A stretch of 64,000 nucleotides of DNA from Azolla caroliniana (Eukaryota > Plantae > Polypodiophyta): positions 930,001-994,000 of the forward strand of contig JBHGNT010000011.1 in NCBI GenBank assembly GCA_043228905.1, read 5' to 3'. Positions 23,127-35,735 of the stretch are shown here, piece by piece. A program made the translations under genes and the position numbers. The notes under the pieces were generated by a model. It did not search any database. It saw only the letters and a list, made by a program, of their open reading frames with translations, and was not told the origin of the DNA. Numbering within the stretch: position 1 is the first letter of the stretch; every line of letters begins with the position of its first letter.

Positions 23127-26100
23127 AAGAGCTCTCCAAGAAGTTTGAAGCAGTATCGCTGGCCAACTTAGGTCAACGCAAGCCCAAGGGAAAAGAAGCG
23201 TTTAGATGTGTGTGGTGCGACAGCTTTGAGCACTCACGAAGGGAGTGCGTTGACTTACAAGACGTGATTTGCAAGAACGTCGTCTATTTGGACGGCAACA
23301 TGATCCACTCAAGCGAGACCCGGAAGCCACTACGAGTGAACTTTGGAAGAGGTGGGCTGAAAAAGATTGTGCAAGAAGAAGACGCAAGGCATATGGAAGT
23401 TATGCACTATGCCACATTGGCCGAGATATGACTTGGAAAAGAGAATCTAAAGACGATCAAGCTAGGAGCTGGGTTTTGGCCGACAGTCTTCGAGTGCGAG
23501 AAAAAAGGCAACATCGATTTGGAGAATCTAAAACTTGTTGATCGAAATGTGCAATGAGTTACCGGATGGTTGGATCCAGGCGACGATAACACAAGTTTTG
23601 CAGAGTGTTTGTGCGACAACTATAAACCTCTTGTCGAAGAGAAGAGGAAAAGAACTGGTGAAGAAGATGGCACATCAAAGCGTCCCAATACGAGGAATGC
23701 AGGGAAAGAAGGGTTTAGGGATGGAAGATTCAAGGGGTGACGAAGGCCACAGAGGACTTGTACGGAGCTTGCCCCAATGTTAAAGTCATGATCGGCGATG
23801 TGGAGATTGATCAACATTTCTTCGTGTAAGACTCGGATTCGCATCCTGTCATCCTAGGAAAACCGTATATCACATCGTCCCAGATGGAGACGAAGGTGTG
23901 CAGCAACCTTTGCGCAAGTCAAGGGCCTTGACAGTCAAAGATCTGTTCAATTCCTGATGGTGTGAGCTAATCATGAAAGGAACTAAGATAGCCTTGGAGG
24001 CGAATCCTAGGATTTTTTGACCGGACTATTGAAGCAACATGCACAAATAGTCCGAACAATCATAAGTCCCCACAAGGAAGAAGAGCGTGTGGATGGTAAG
24101 GAGAAGCAACATGTGTCACACCTAGCGGTGCATGTAAACTAACACTACTCAACAAGAAGGACAAGCGTCGGATACAAGGCTTCGAGAAGGTGCTAAAAGA
24201 AGAAAGCATAATAGGAGAAGAAGAATTTGTAACTCATATTCTGGAAGAAGCCTCATTTAACGACACCATTGATGAAATCGAGGAAGTCATGAACTTGAGC
24301 TATCTTCATGATCAACATGTGATTTCGATTAACTCCGTCAACATGTACACTATCATCGATGAATATCATTGAGGCATCTTGATGGAGGAAGCTGAAGTCA
24401 ATACAAAATATAAAACAGTGGATAGGAAGATCAAGCCGGTTGCGGTTCCACTACCGGAAGATAACTAGCAAAAGATGAAGGAAGTTGCGAACGATGCAAG
24501 CTTGAGGGATCCGAAGACAATAGGTCATGTCTTCATTGAAGAGACGAAAGGAAAGCTACGAGTGGGAAGGGAGGATTTCCTCCTCACTGAAGAGGAAGAT
24601 TGCAACCGATATGCAATTTGGTTTGGCTCGAAAGTGTTAAGTGATAGGCAAAGAAGGTATGCCCAAGTGAAGAGGGAGCTATGGGGAATCGTATCGGCGA
24701 TCAAGTCTGATCGGGACTACCTTATTGGAGCAGAAGTCATAATCGAGACAGATTTCCTACCAATCTTGGGCATGATATCTAGTTGTAATACACCAGATAT
24801 TGCCATGTTACGTTGTCGCGGATATCCGCACGTACGTGTAGGATCTTAGGCGGGACCGCGGGGGTCTTGGACTAGGGAGACAGGCGGTTCACCACAAATA
24901 TGGACCCAACTCAAATATGTTACAATGGAAGATACATATACACCAACATGAATATATATTACATTAGCTTTACAACAAGACGGTTACATGCCCCGAATCC
25001 GATGGCTATTACAAAACAATCGGCTAATACATCAAGACAAGAATGGGAACCAGCGAAGGCGAGTCAAGTGGGCCGCCAGGACCACGACATCCACCGTTGT
25101 TCACGCCCCGAAGACGATGGAGTGTTCCCATGCCACTTTGTCCTCCCTTCTCGAACCGGCCTCCACACGAAACGCTCTCCATCGAGGAGAGGAAGCCGAA
25201 TCAGCAAGTGCCGCCACCGGAATGCCTAAAGCCGCCGTTGTAGGAACCCCCACACCAAACCAAACTCTCACACGAAGAAGAGAGAGTAACACCCGAAGAC
25301 CCCAAGTATAAACCCTAACTTGCAAAAACTCTCTCGTGAAGAAGAACCTAAACGGAATACTAACTTCCACTCAAAAGAGTGAACCAAACCCATCAGACAA
25401 TGAAGAAGAAGACTCAAATGAAACCCTAAACGAAATAGAGTGAAAAGACCAAAGTGGAAACCCTAAGAGAACAAGAATAAGATGTAGAGGAAGAACACTA
25501 ACAAACCCTAGACCTAAGTGGTATACCCTCCTAACTCCAAAATGTGCAACCCTTCAACAAGGGACCCCTCCCTCCTTTTATAGACCAAGGAGGGGAGGGC
25601 GTTACAATGTGGGACAAATACTCCCCTTTATTCTATACATTGTTTCCTACTATACATGTGCACATGTTGCACACCACCGACTTGCCCTATTACACCCCGG
25701 TTTCACACTGTAGCCGGAAATCTTCATGACAACATTGGATTGCATATATCAAATCACTCAACCTAGAGATCCGTCATGTAGCTGGGAAGCGTAATGTCGT
25801 TGCGGACATGCTATCACGAGCGAGATACGACGAAGAAGAAGATCGACATTCTGATGAAGAGGATGTTGGCTTGAACTTCTTTACAAGTTCCTATTACCAG
25901 GTGTTGCCTATTTTCATAGAAGAGGACTACGAAGGCGAATTCGTGGAGATTGGGAGCGATAGTCCAATCAACCAGAAAAATCCCCACACTTGTAGGTCAT
26001 GTCTTCATTGAAGAGACGAAAGGAAAGCTACGAGTGGGAAGGGAGGATTTCCTCCTCCCTGAAGAGGAGTGAAAGTGAATGCTTGAAAGACATGGGAAGC

Positions 26101-28424
26101 CTTTCGCATTTTTCCCATAGGAAATCGGATGTGTTGATCCAATGGTGATCTTCATGATGCCGCATGTGCCTTGGAATTTGAAACCAATACCAGTTCCGAG
26201 AGCACACCTACCGAAGCTGATTGAGCTCTTAAAGGAGAAGGTGAATATGGGGACTCTGGAACCATCGAACACTCCTTACTGTAATAGGTGCTTGACGGTG
26301 CCGAAGAATAATAGATCGTAGCAATTCATCCAAGATCTTCAACCCGGTAATAAGGAGACAATTCGGAATGTTGGAATTGGTCCGACTGTGGATGAATTTG
26401 ACGAGGCGATGTCTACTTTGGATACAATCAATTCCAGTTGGCAGTCGACAATCGTGACATTATAACCATGAGGACTTCGATCGGACTTGTGCAGATGTGT
26501 ACCTTACCTCAAGGTGCAATCCTTCAAAACCTTGTTCATAGCATTCACCATATGAACCGCCGAGTTCGTTGCACCTTGTGCCGATGTCTACCTTACCTCA
26601 AGATGCAACAAACTCGGTGGCTCATATGGGGAATGCTATGAGCAAGGTCTTGAAGGATTGCATCCCAGGAATCACGATGCCTTTCTTGGATGATATTATG
26701 ATAAAAGGATGTCCGGATGAGGAGAAGGATGAATCGAAAGATAAGGATGGATGTAGAAAGTTCGTCGTGGATCATATGAAGGATTGCGAGAAGGTGCTAC
26801 AAAGCCTCGAAGATGTGAATTTGACATTTTCGGGAGAAAATTCCACATTCGGGCAACCAGAGGTATTGGTGGTAAGTCCCTTGTGTGGAGCATAAGGCCG
26901 GAAACCTTCGCCATTCAAGGTGAAGGTGATCCAAGACATGAAAGAAGAATATGTAACCCAAACGGAAGTTCGAAGGTTCCTTGGAGCATGTGTGTTTTAT
27001 CATATTTGGATTACACACTATGCTCACATTGTTGAGCCATTGTATGGTTTGTTGAAGAAGAAGCAGAAGTTTGGATGGACGAGTGAGCATACTTTCGTCA
27101 TCCGAAGGCTGAACAAAATTACTGATGAAGGCACCTGCATTACGGAAGGCGGATTATTGAGAAGGTAAGCCCATTTTTGTGACCGTGGATGCTAGTGCGA
27201 CTGGAATCGGATGGGTTATCAACCAAGAAGACAAAGATTGCAACCGATATGCAATTCGGTTTGGCACGAAAGTGTTAAGTGACAGGCAAAGAAGGTATGC
27301 CCAAGTGAAGAGGGAGCTATGGGGAATCGTATCGGCGATCAAATCTGATCGGGACTACCTTATTGGAGCAGAAGTCATAATCAAGATAGATTTCCTACCA
27401 ATCTTGGGCATGATATATGGTTGTAATACGCCGGATATTGCCATGTTACGTTGGATTGCACATATCAAATCACTCAACCCAGAGATCTGTCATGTAGGTG
27501 GGAAGCGTAATGTTGTTGCGGACATGCTATCACGAGCGAGATACGACGAAGAAGAAGATCGACATTCTGATGAAGAGGATATTGGCTTGAACTTCTTTAC
27601 AAATTCCTATGCTCAGGTGTTGACTATTTTCATAGAAGAGGACTATGAAGGTGAACTCATGGAGATTGGGAAAAAATACTTGAGTTCTCTCCAAAGAGAT
27701 GAATCCTGGTCGACAGAAGACTTCCACTGAATTCAGAAGAAGGCATACAAGTATTTCCTTAAGGATGGAGCTCTATGGAGGCATGCGAAAAATAAGAATG
27801 GGACTTCAATGAGAGTTGTTTGCAAGCTGGAAGACAACCAAAAACTTATGTTTGAATTTCATGATAGTGTTTTTGCAGGCCATCGAGGAATATGGGCTAC
27901 GTTCGCAAAGCTTAAGGAGAAGTATTGGTGGCCGAGCATCTACAAGGATGTAGTAGCTTACGTGGAAACATGTAAGGAATTTCAGATGTTTTCGAATGTT
28001 CGCCATCGCGATGAACTTCATCCGACTTACCCGTTGGTGATGCATTACAAGTGGATGGTGGATATCGTAATGATGCCGATGGGGCGATGGCAGATGAAGT
28101 ATCTTGTCCTCGCGAGAGAGGATCTTACCAATCAAGTTGAAAGGGTGAGCATTGAGAACTAAGGAGACATCATCAGTATGGAAATTCCTTCTTGAAGATG
28201 TTATTTGCAGATATGGATGCGTCGGCAAGATAGTGACTAATAGAGGCGAGTTGGACGCCAATGAAGCTAGAGAAATCTTTTCCAGGATTGGAATCAAGTT
28301 AAGTCTTACCACGACATATAATCCTGAAGCAAATGGGAGAGTGGAACGTGGACATGGACCGATTGTGAAGGCTCTATTGAAAGCTTGTCATGGGAAAATA
28401 GGAGAATGGCCACTTCTACTGCCA
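23127..28424 (+). mobile_element. Gypsy copy A continued: partial gag/PR, RT, duplicated RH, IN (degenerate, rearranged)
   Basis: FRCVWCDS.EHSRREC, MPFLDDIMIKG, VTVDASATGIG, RRYAQVKRELWG, FHDSVFAGH...KYWWP...C..., TTTYNPEANGRVER. Confidence 0.9.
24814..25731 (-). repeat. Solo LTR inserted in the RH region
   Basis: Termini TGTCGCGG...TTCATGACA. Flanks ACGT/ACAT give a 4-bp TSD with one mismatch. Removing it restores AMLRWIA. Confidence 0.88.
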
Positions 28425-29324
28425 AGATGGACGTGTTCAAGACCTTCCGAACGCATTTTACTACATATGAAACAAACAACTAGGTTTATGTGAGTATGAA
28501 GTTTGAGAAGATGGGGTAAATAGAATTGTAAGATATCCCACATAGATAGGACAACATCAGATCCAACATTATATAAGTAGATCCAAAACCACTCTATGGT
28601 GTTTGTACGGTTAGGGTGATTTGGGTCAAACTGCAACGAGTGTGGATGAATTGCTCGAAACAATTTGGGAACGGTTTGGAACGTATGGAATGGTACGCAC
28701 GGATCGGTCGCGACACATGCACGGGCTGAACTTTACGTTTTTTAACTAAAGTAAAGATCATGTGTGGAAGCATGCAACTGAACATAGAGGCCATGCAACT
28801 AAAGTAAAGGTCATGTGTGGACGCATGCAACGGGGGGAGAAAAGTAGAGAGGTAATTTTTTCTCAGGGAAGGGAAGGAAAAAGCGATCACGAAAAACACT
28901 AACCCTAATTTTTTTTCTTATTGAAGCCATCTCTCAAATAGACCCTAATTTTCCTTATCTAAGGTATCATTCAAAAACCCAAACTCTAAATTTTTTTTCC
29001 GAAAGTTATCGAAGCCATATCACTCAAGAACCCTAAATTTTTCCTTACGAAAGCCATATCTCTCAAAAAACCCTAATTTTCCTTACGAAAGCGATATCTC
29101 TGAAAAACCCTAATTTTTTTATCTATTAATCTTAGTAAACCTAAAACTTCTGTAATCCCAATCTTGGGATAAATTGTAATTTTCTTTTCTTTGTTAATAA
29201 AAATTACCAAACTTTCTCATTTTCGTTAATTCTTAAAAAACAAACGCACGAATCTGATATCCTCTGGTCGAAGGCCCTAGGGTCTTGCCTCAAGTTCACG
29301 TATCTTTGTCGTATCTTCATGACA
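28425..29324. repeat. Partial gypsy LTR ending copy A
   Basis: Ends in the lineage terminus ATCTTCATGACA and contains repeated AACCCTAATTTT motifs. The left end is fused to truncated IN. Confidence 0.65.
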
Positions 29325-30172
29325 ACAGTGGCAAAGTCAAGAAGGACAGAGCTGACTGGAACAAGAAGGCCAAGACCCGGATGTGGTTCGATGTGGTGAA
29401 GGGCTTGAAGACTGATGACGAATCGGAGACAACCAATTCGGACAACAGCTGGAATGAATAGGAGGCAGTCGATTCTGAAGAAGAGTTCGATTCAAAGGAG
29501 CCGAATCAACTAAAGGCCAAATGGACGAGAAGGTAGTGGAAGTCGACACCGACATGGAGGAACCAACGGGTCGAGAAGCGTCAAAGTCGCAACTGTAACA
29601 AAGGAGCTGAGAAGGACATTATGAGAAGACAAGCCGACCGAGAAGGTCGACATACGCAGAACCGGAAGCGTCGCGGGAAGACGAACCGGACAAGACGAGG
29701 AGCGCGAGTAAGGTGGGAAGACGCCAAGAGGAGCCGGAGGGAAGGACCGACAGACACTGAAATCCCGATCCGACCTCAAGTTGAGCTTGAGGGGGAGTGT
29801 TGAGCGGACAAGCTCAACTTGATCCGGATTGGTTGAACAAGCCAAAGCCAGATCGGAGTCCGAAACAAAGAACCGGACCGGTGTTCGGATGGTATCCGGA
29901 ACCAGGAGACAGATCGGGGAGCCCGATCGGATTGTAACCGGTAGACCGTTAGAGACCTACGAATCTAGCCTAGTACGTAGGCAGATTCCTTGGAGTCAGT
30001 GTCAGTTGCTCATATGAGCATTGATGTACTTGTCAGTACTTCTGTCACTCCTTTATAGGCTTGTATAAAAGTGCTCACGGAGCACATTGTATGTACAAAG
30101 CGTTATTATTCTGAATTTAGTTTATGTTATTTTGCTCTCTTTATCTCTCCCACTCTCTGTTTGTGTTTCGTA
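29325..30172 (+). mobile_element. 3' region, PPT and partial 3' LTR of a copia related to copia 2
   Basis: Similar to about 54550-55330. GAGGGGGAG is followed by TGTTGAGCGGACAAGCTCAAC at 29798. Confidence 0.82.
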
Positions 30173-30475
30173 AGGTCCCCATTAAACCTGTATCTGTTTT
30201 CCTGTTGCTATCCGGATAAACTGGTTTATCAAAGCTTCTGCATTTAACTTTGACACTCGGAAACAGGTCAGGAACAGTACACATCTTTGAGCCCATGAGC
30301 TCACCGTCCGGCATCCGGAGACTGGTTCAGATAGGATACGTGTTTGGACCGCACTCCCGAGAAGATATCCGGACACCGATCCACACAATCTCTCCTCCCT
30401 TACCAACTCCTTGGTCCGAGACCCCGATGGTCCCACCCCATTTCGAGACATCCACGCAGATTTCCGCAATATATT

Positions 30476-30493
30476 TGGTGAACCCGACGTGAA
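30476..30493 (+). promoter_or_regulatory. Primer-binding site complementary to tRNA-Trp
   Basis: TGGTGAACCCGACGTGAA is complementary to the 3' end of plant cytosolic tRNA-Trp as I recall it (...TTCACGTCGGGTTCACCA). Confidence 0.82.
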
Positions 30494-31609
30494 AAAGGGC
30501 GGCAAAGGAACCCAAAATGAGAGGAAGTGAACTTGTAGAAGCGAAGGTCGTGTCTATTGACCACCTAGTGAACGCTCAGGAGAGCACGAGTGCCCTTGAC
30601 AGGGTCATAGAGACAGTAGTCGGCTCGATAGACTGATTTACGCAACGAGCTACTTCGAGGCCTACAGGGCCGAAATGCTAATGAGGGATATCCCGGAGGA
30701 CAGATGGTTATCCGGATTCCCTCGGGTCATAACGTTTAGCATCCACGCGGAAGTGCTCGAGGTCCAAGCCGACTACCAGGATTGGACGAAATTCGAGGGA
30801 CGACTCCTCGAAAACTATGGCATCGACAACTCGCTCTTGTTGTTGAAAAGAGAATTCATGGAGTGGGTTGAGTCACCTTACAAAGCACGGAACACATCGG
30901 CGCTCCTCCAAGAATTTGGGAAGCGATTCGCACGTTTATCGGCGCTAGATCAGACCGTGCTCGACACGAGCAAGGTTCTACTTTTCATCAAGTCAGTCAA
31001 CCTACATGTCCGTGAGAAGGTTGGTCTCCTCTTGGAGACATATGACAACCTCACGAACGATTGGGCCATGGTTAAGGGAGTCTGCAATCGTTTCGACAAA
31101 CAACGAGAATGGAACGATGTGGGGTCGTCAACGGCCGGCTTGGCTTCCGAGAGGAGGTCAGAAGAACTGATTCTGACTCGGTCGGACGATACAAGAAGGT
31201 GGCTCGAGTCGGGCGCGGTTCCGACCAACATGGTCAAGGGGCCATTCGGGGGCGCAACTCTGGAGGAGATAACAAAAATGGTATGAGACCTCCAGATTGC
31301 TCAGGCCTAAAGGGAAGGTGGCGTCCAATCGCGTGATCGGCGCCTATCGATAGACCAGAGGTGCATGTGGTGCGACGTTGTTGGCCACGTTCGGAGAGAT
31401 TACATTGATTTTACCGATGCACTCAAGAACAATGTCGTGTACTAGTTGAACGGCTGGGTACATGCTTATGAGACCCAGAAACCCCTCGAGTTGAACACCG
31501 GCTGAGGGGGAATGAAGTGGTTGATGGAGGAAGTTGCGGCGTGGCATGTTGAGGTCGTCCACTACTCGGCCTCAGCCAGCATCTGGGTAGGCAGAGAAAA
31601 GGGCACCAG

Positions 31610-32333
31610 TGTCACAGAATTCCGCCGGTACGTGTGGGATCTTAGGCAGAACTGCGGGGGTCTTGGACTAGGGAGTAGAGGGGGAATGGGAGCTTAACAT
31701 TTACGACCTTTGAGCTCAAGAGGAAAGGAGAAAGAATAAGAGGTGAGCATGGTAGAGAAGATAGAGACAAGATACATCAACAAACTATATTAAGGATCCA
31801 CTATACGATTACAACCATGGTCGCGTAGGCCAAATCAAAACCCTAACCGGATAGGTAAAGAAGAAGAAGAATGAAAAACCCTATGTGAAACCCTAAACCG
31901 AACGCTCAAAATGGCGACTCCCCAAAGAAAACCCAAAAAAGTGGAAGCCCCTCAAAAGTGACCCCTCACTCCCTTTTATAGTAGTAAGGGGTGAGGCACA
32001 TTACATAAGGAGGAGTCAAATCCCCTTTCCTTTAGTGGGGAATATCTCCCATGATCTTAAATCGGTGGGCCTTTAACTCTCCCCCCTCACGCTTTCAGTG
32101 CTATTGTCCATCATATTTGTACCCCCACATACTCCCATTTCCTACGTGCCCATGTGCACACAAGTCCACATCATCATATTTACACTCAACGAATTTTAGT
32201 AGAACACCTTACACTTTACATTTGCTTATTTACTCCTAGGTTACAAATTTAATAAGTATATGTGCTACGTTGCGCATCTCGTTTTATTCGTTCCGCTCGG
32301 GTTTTCCCACCATGGCCAAAAATCCTCACGACA
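31610..32333 (-). repeat. Solo LTR inserted in gag of copy C
   Basis: Termini TGTCAC...CTCACGACA, flanks CCAG/CCGG. It shares GGATCTTAGGC...GCGGGGGTCTTGGACTAGGGAG with the solo LTR at 24814. Confidence 0.85.
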
Positions 32334-35300
32334 CCGGCTCCGGAACCGACACCGGATTTTGTCCGGTTATACTGGAAGGCTTCTTAGTAAAGAAGTTGAA
32401 GAAGGAAGAGGCGGACCGTGCGGAGATGCAGGTCCGAGAGGTCACCAAGTGGAGCGATCTGGTGGGGGAGAAAACCGGCTTCGTGGAAGACGCGTGCTAG
32501 AACTACGAGGTTTTGATCGAATACAAGTGAGCTGGGAAGACCAGAGGGGCCAGTTCCTCTAACTGATACGACACCTGTAGCGGATGGAAGAAAAATGATG
32601 GGGGTCTGGCTAGCTCGTAGGAGAAAGAGAAGATGAGATTCTCGAGCTTCTGGTTGAGCTCGGAGATCAAGAAGACAACAGACTTGGGGAAGGTCTTAGA
32701 GGAGCAAATCCTCGACAGTAGGGTGGAACTTTCGTTGAGAGAAGTATTGGGAATCACAAAGAAAGAGTTCCACAACTCGATCATTGACCTCGTCAAGAGG
32801 AAGCGGCTCTCAACAGAACTAGGGTAGGAGAAGCCGGTCGAGGTGAAGGCGGCCCGCATCGAAGAAGTTGTAATGGAAGAGGAATTTCTGGATAGTCACT
32901 ACATGAAGTCACACTAGGCAAGGGCTACGACGGAGACCCCGGTCCAGCTCAGGGATGTAAAGGAGTCGGTGGTGGCGTTAATCGACTATGGATCGGAGAT
33001 CAACCTGATGTCGATGGACTTCTACAAGAAGGGTAGATGGCCGATTAATACCAAGCACGGGTGGAAGATATGCGCGGCGACCCGCGCCACGGAAGAGCAG
33101 CATGGGGCGTGCCCAAATGTAAAGGTGAAGGTCGGCAATGTCGAAATCGACCAACATTTCTTTGTGTAGGAAACATCCTCATATCCGGTAATTCTCGAGG
33201 AACCCTACGTCACAAAGGCTCGGATGGAAACCAAGGTGCTAGACAATGTTTCGACATACGCTCGGGTGAAGAGGTAGGACGGATGACACTCCGTCCAATT
33301 TTTTATGGTTCAGCTAAACCACGAGCGGAATCAAGACACTCTCAACAATGAAGGCCAAGAGGATTTTTAAAGAGGGTTATCAAGGCGTGGGGTCATGATA
33401 GTCCAAACAACCGGAAAAATCCCCATACTTGTACATTAGAAAGGAAATTTTGGTTCTCCAACAGCGGAAGGTATGCAATGAACGACATCGGTGGAAGGGA
33501 GAGGAAGCACGTCGAAGGGCGCTTGAAGGCATGTGGAGCCTTGGGCCCCGATGAAGAGATCAACAGCATCGTGGAGGCGGTCTCGTTGGACGACACCCTT
33601 GGGGAAATGGGGACATTGGTGAAGAAGATCCAAGTGAGGACCGAACGATTCCAGTCAGTTCGATTGACATGTATGAGGTCATCGCGGACTTCGAACAGAT
33701 GGTCAGAGCAGATAGGACCACACGGGTGGACACCAAGTATAAGACTATGGACCAGAAGGTGAGTCCAGTCGCGGTTCCCTTACCAGAGGACAATTGGGAG
33801 CAAATGCAGGGGGTCGCGACTGACCCAAGTTTGCGAGATCCGGCCGGCATAGGGCACTGTTTCACCGAGGAGACACCACTGAAGTTGAAGATCGGTGGGG
33901 GTGGCTTCCTATTGCCAATGGAGGAGGACCAGTTTCGGAGAATGCATGAAAGACACGGAAAGGCCTTTGCATTCTTGCCGGGAGAGATTGGGTGTGTCGA
34001 CCAGACAATCTTGGAGTGGATGGTGATCTTCACGGTACTACATGTACCGTTGAATCTCAAACCGATTCCGGTACCGAGAGCTCACATCCCGAAGTTGATG
34101 GAGCTACTCAAGGAAAAGGTCGACAGGGGGATTCTCCAACCATCGAGTGCCCCATATTCAAATCAGTGGTTCACCGTGCCGAAGAAGAATGGCATAGTAC
34201 GCTTCATTTAGAACCTACAACTGGTCAATAAAGCAACCATTTGGAACGCAGGAGTCGGGCCGACAATCGATGAGTTTGCGGAGGCCTTCGCTGGAAGGTC
34301 TATATACTCAATCAGCGACTTATACTCTGGGTACGACCAATTCCAACTAGCCGTTGAAAGCATGGACATCACAATGATGTGGACCCCTCTCGATTAAGTT
34401 CGGATGTGTACCAACTCGGCGGTACACATGGGGAACACAATGAACAAGGTGATGAGGGATTGCATCCTGGACCTCACCATGCCGTTTCTAGACGAAATCC
34501 TGATCATGGGATGTCTAGAGGACTTCAAGGACAAGTCGGTCGGAGAGGACGGATGTCGGGGTACCAGATCGCCGAATGCATCTGGCAGCTCTCACACATC
34601 GACACGGAGTGGCGCACATCTTTGTACATTATCGGCCACCAGTACTTCTCTTTCAGCTTCTCAAACGTGGCCCATGTTCCCTAGTGTTCAGACCAGGGAC
34701 TCTCATGAAACTCTGATATCAGCACTAATCGGTGTTCCACTCGTATTACCGCCCAGAGTGGTGTGTTGTGCCATATTTTACCGTTCCTTAGGAAGAACTG
34801 AAATGCGTTCTTTCGGATCCGGCTTACCTTGTCCTTCGTCCACATTGCATCTCCCGTCATCATGTTTAGGAACCTTCCAATTTGAAGTCATTCCCCATCG
34901 TAGTCGTTCTTGTCGAACTCGTTCAAGGACAGAGGGCTTCGCTTGTTCGCCGACATCCAAGTCAACTCAAACAAGTCCACGCCGATCTCTTCATCTTCCG
35001 ACACCATGTCATTCTCTCCTTCAAATTTTTCTCTATACATCATATCAGCCATGGTGTTGTCTCTCCCTGAGATGTGTCGTATCTCCACATTAAGGGAATT
35101 TATGTATGCAATCCACCTGAGCATTGCCAAGTCCAGAGTCGCGCATCCAGAAACCATACTGAGAATCGGTAGGCAATTTGTCTCGATTATAACCTCCATT
35201 CCGATTAGGTAATCTTTGTCGTCCTTAACCACCGAAAGAATACCCCATAGTTTGCGCTTAACTTGGGCATGTCATGGCTTCTGCTCGCTTAGCACCTTCG

Positions 35301-35735
35301 CACCAAATGAGATGGTGAACCGTGTTCCAACTTCATCCTCCTGGTTAATTACCCACCTGATTCCGGTCAGACTTGTGTCCACCGTAACAAAAATCGGAGA
35401 GTCCTTCTTATACACTGCTTAGATTTGGTGCCACCGTCAACATCCCCTTTAGTCTCTTAATCGCCTCCGAGTGCTCTTCGTTCCATTCGAATTTCCGACC
35501 TTTCTTCAGCAAGTCGTAGAGTGGGCCGCTCGGATATATGTGCGTAATGGGGAATCCATATGTGGTAGAAGGTGTACGCTACCAAGAACCATCGGACCTC
35601 CGTGACCGACCTACATTCTTCCTTCATCACCGAGATGGCTTCTACCTTCGCCGGAGACGGTTTCTGGTCGTATGGTCCGCACATGTGTCCAACCACTAGG
35701 ACCTCCGATTGTCCAAACGCTGACTTCTCCCCATC

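Larger units (their letters stand above)
30173..35735 (+). mobile_element. Trp-primed gypsy copy C: partial 5' LTR, PBS, gag-PR, RT, then an inverted RT-RH-IN segment
   Basis: LTR end at about 30471 and PBS at 30476. Motifs CMWCD..GH, VALIDYGSEINLM and PYSNQWFTVPKKNG. The segment 34560-35735 encodes the next part of pol on the minus strand. Confidence 0.87.

Noticed and set aside
28895-29145. Interstitial telomere
   Set aside because: The AACCCTAA motifs are dispersed within longer LTR subrepeats, not tandem TTTAGGG arrays.
34404-35093. 229-aa ORF as a novel gene
   Set aside because: It is a chimera of RT and the antisense strand of the inverted pol segment.
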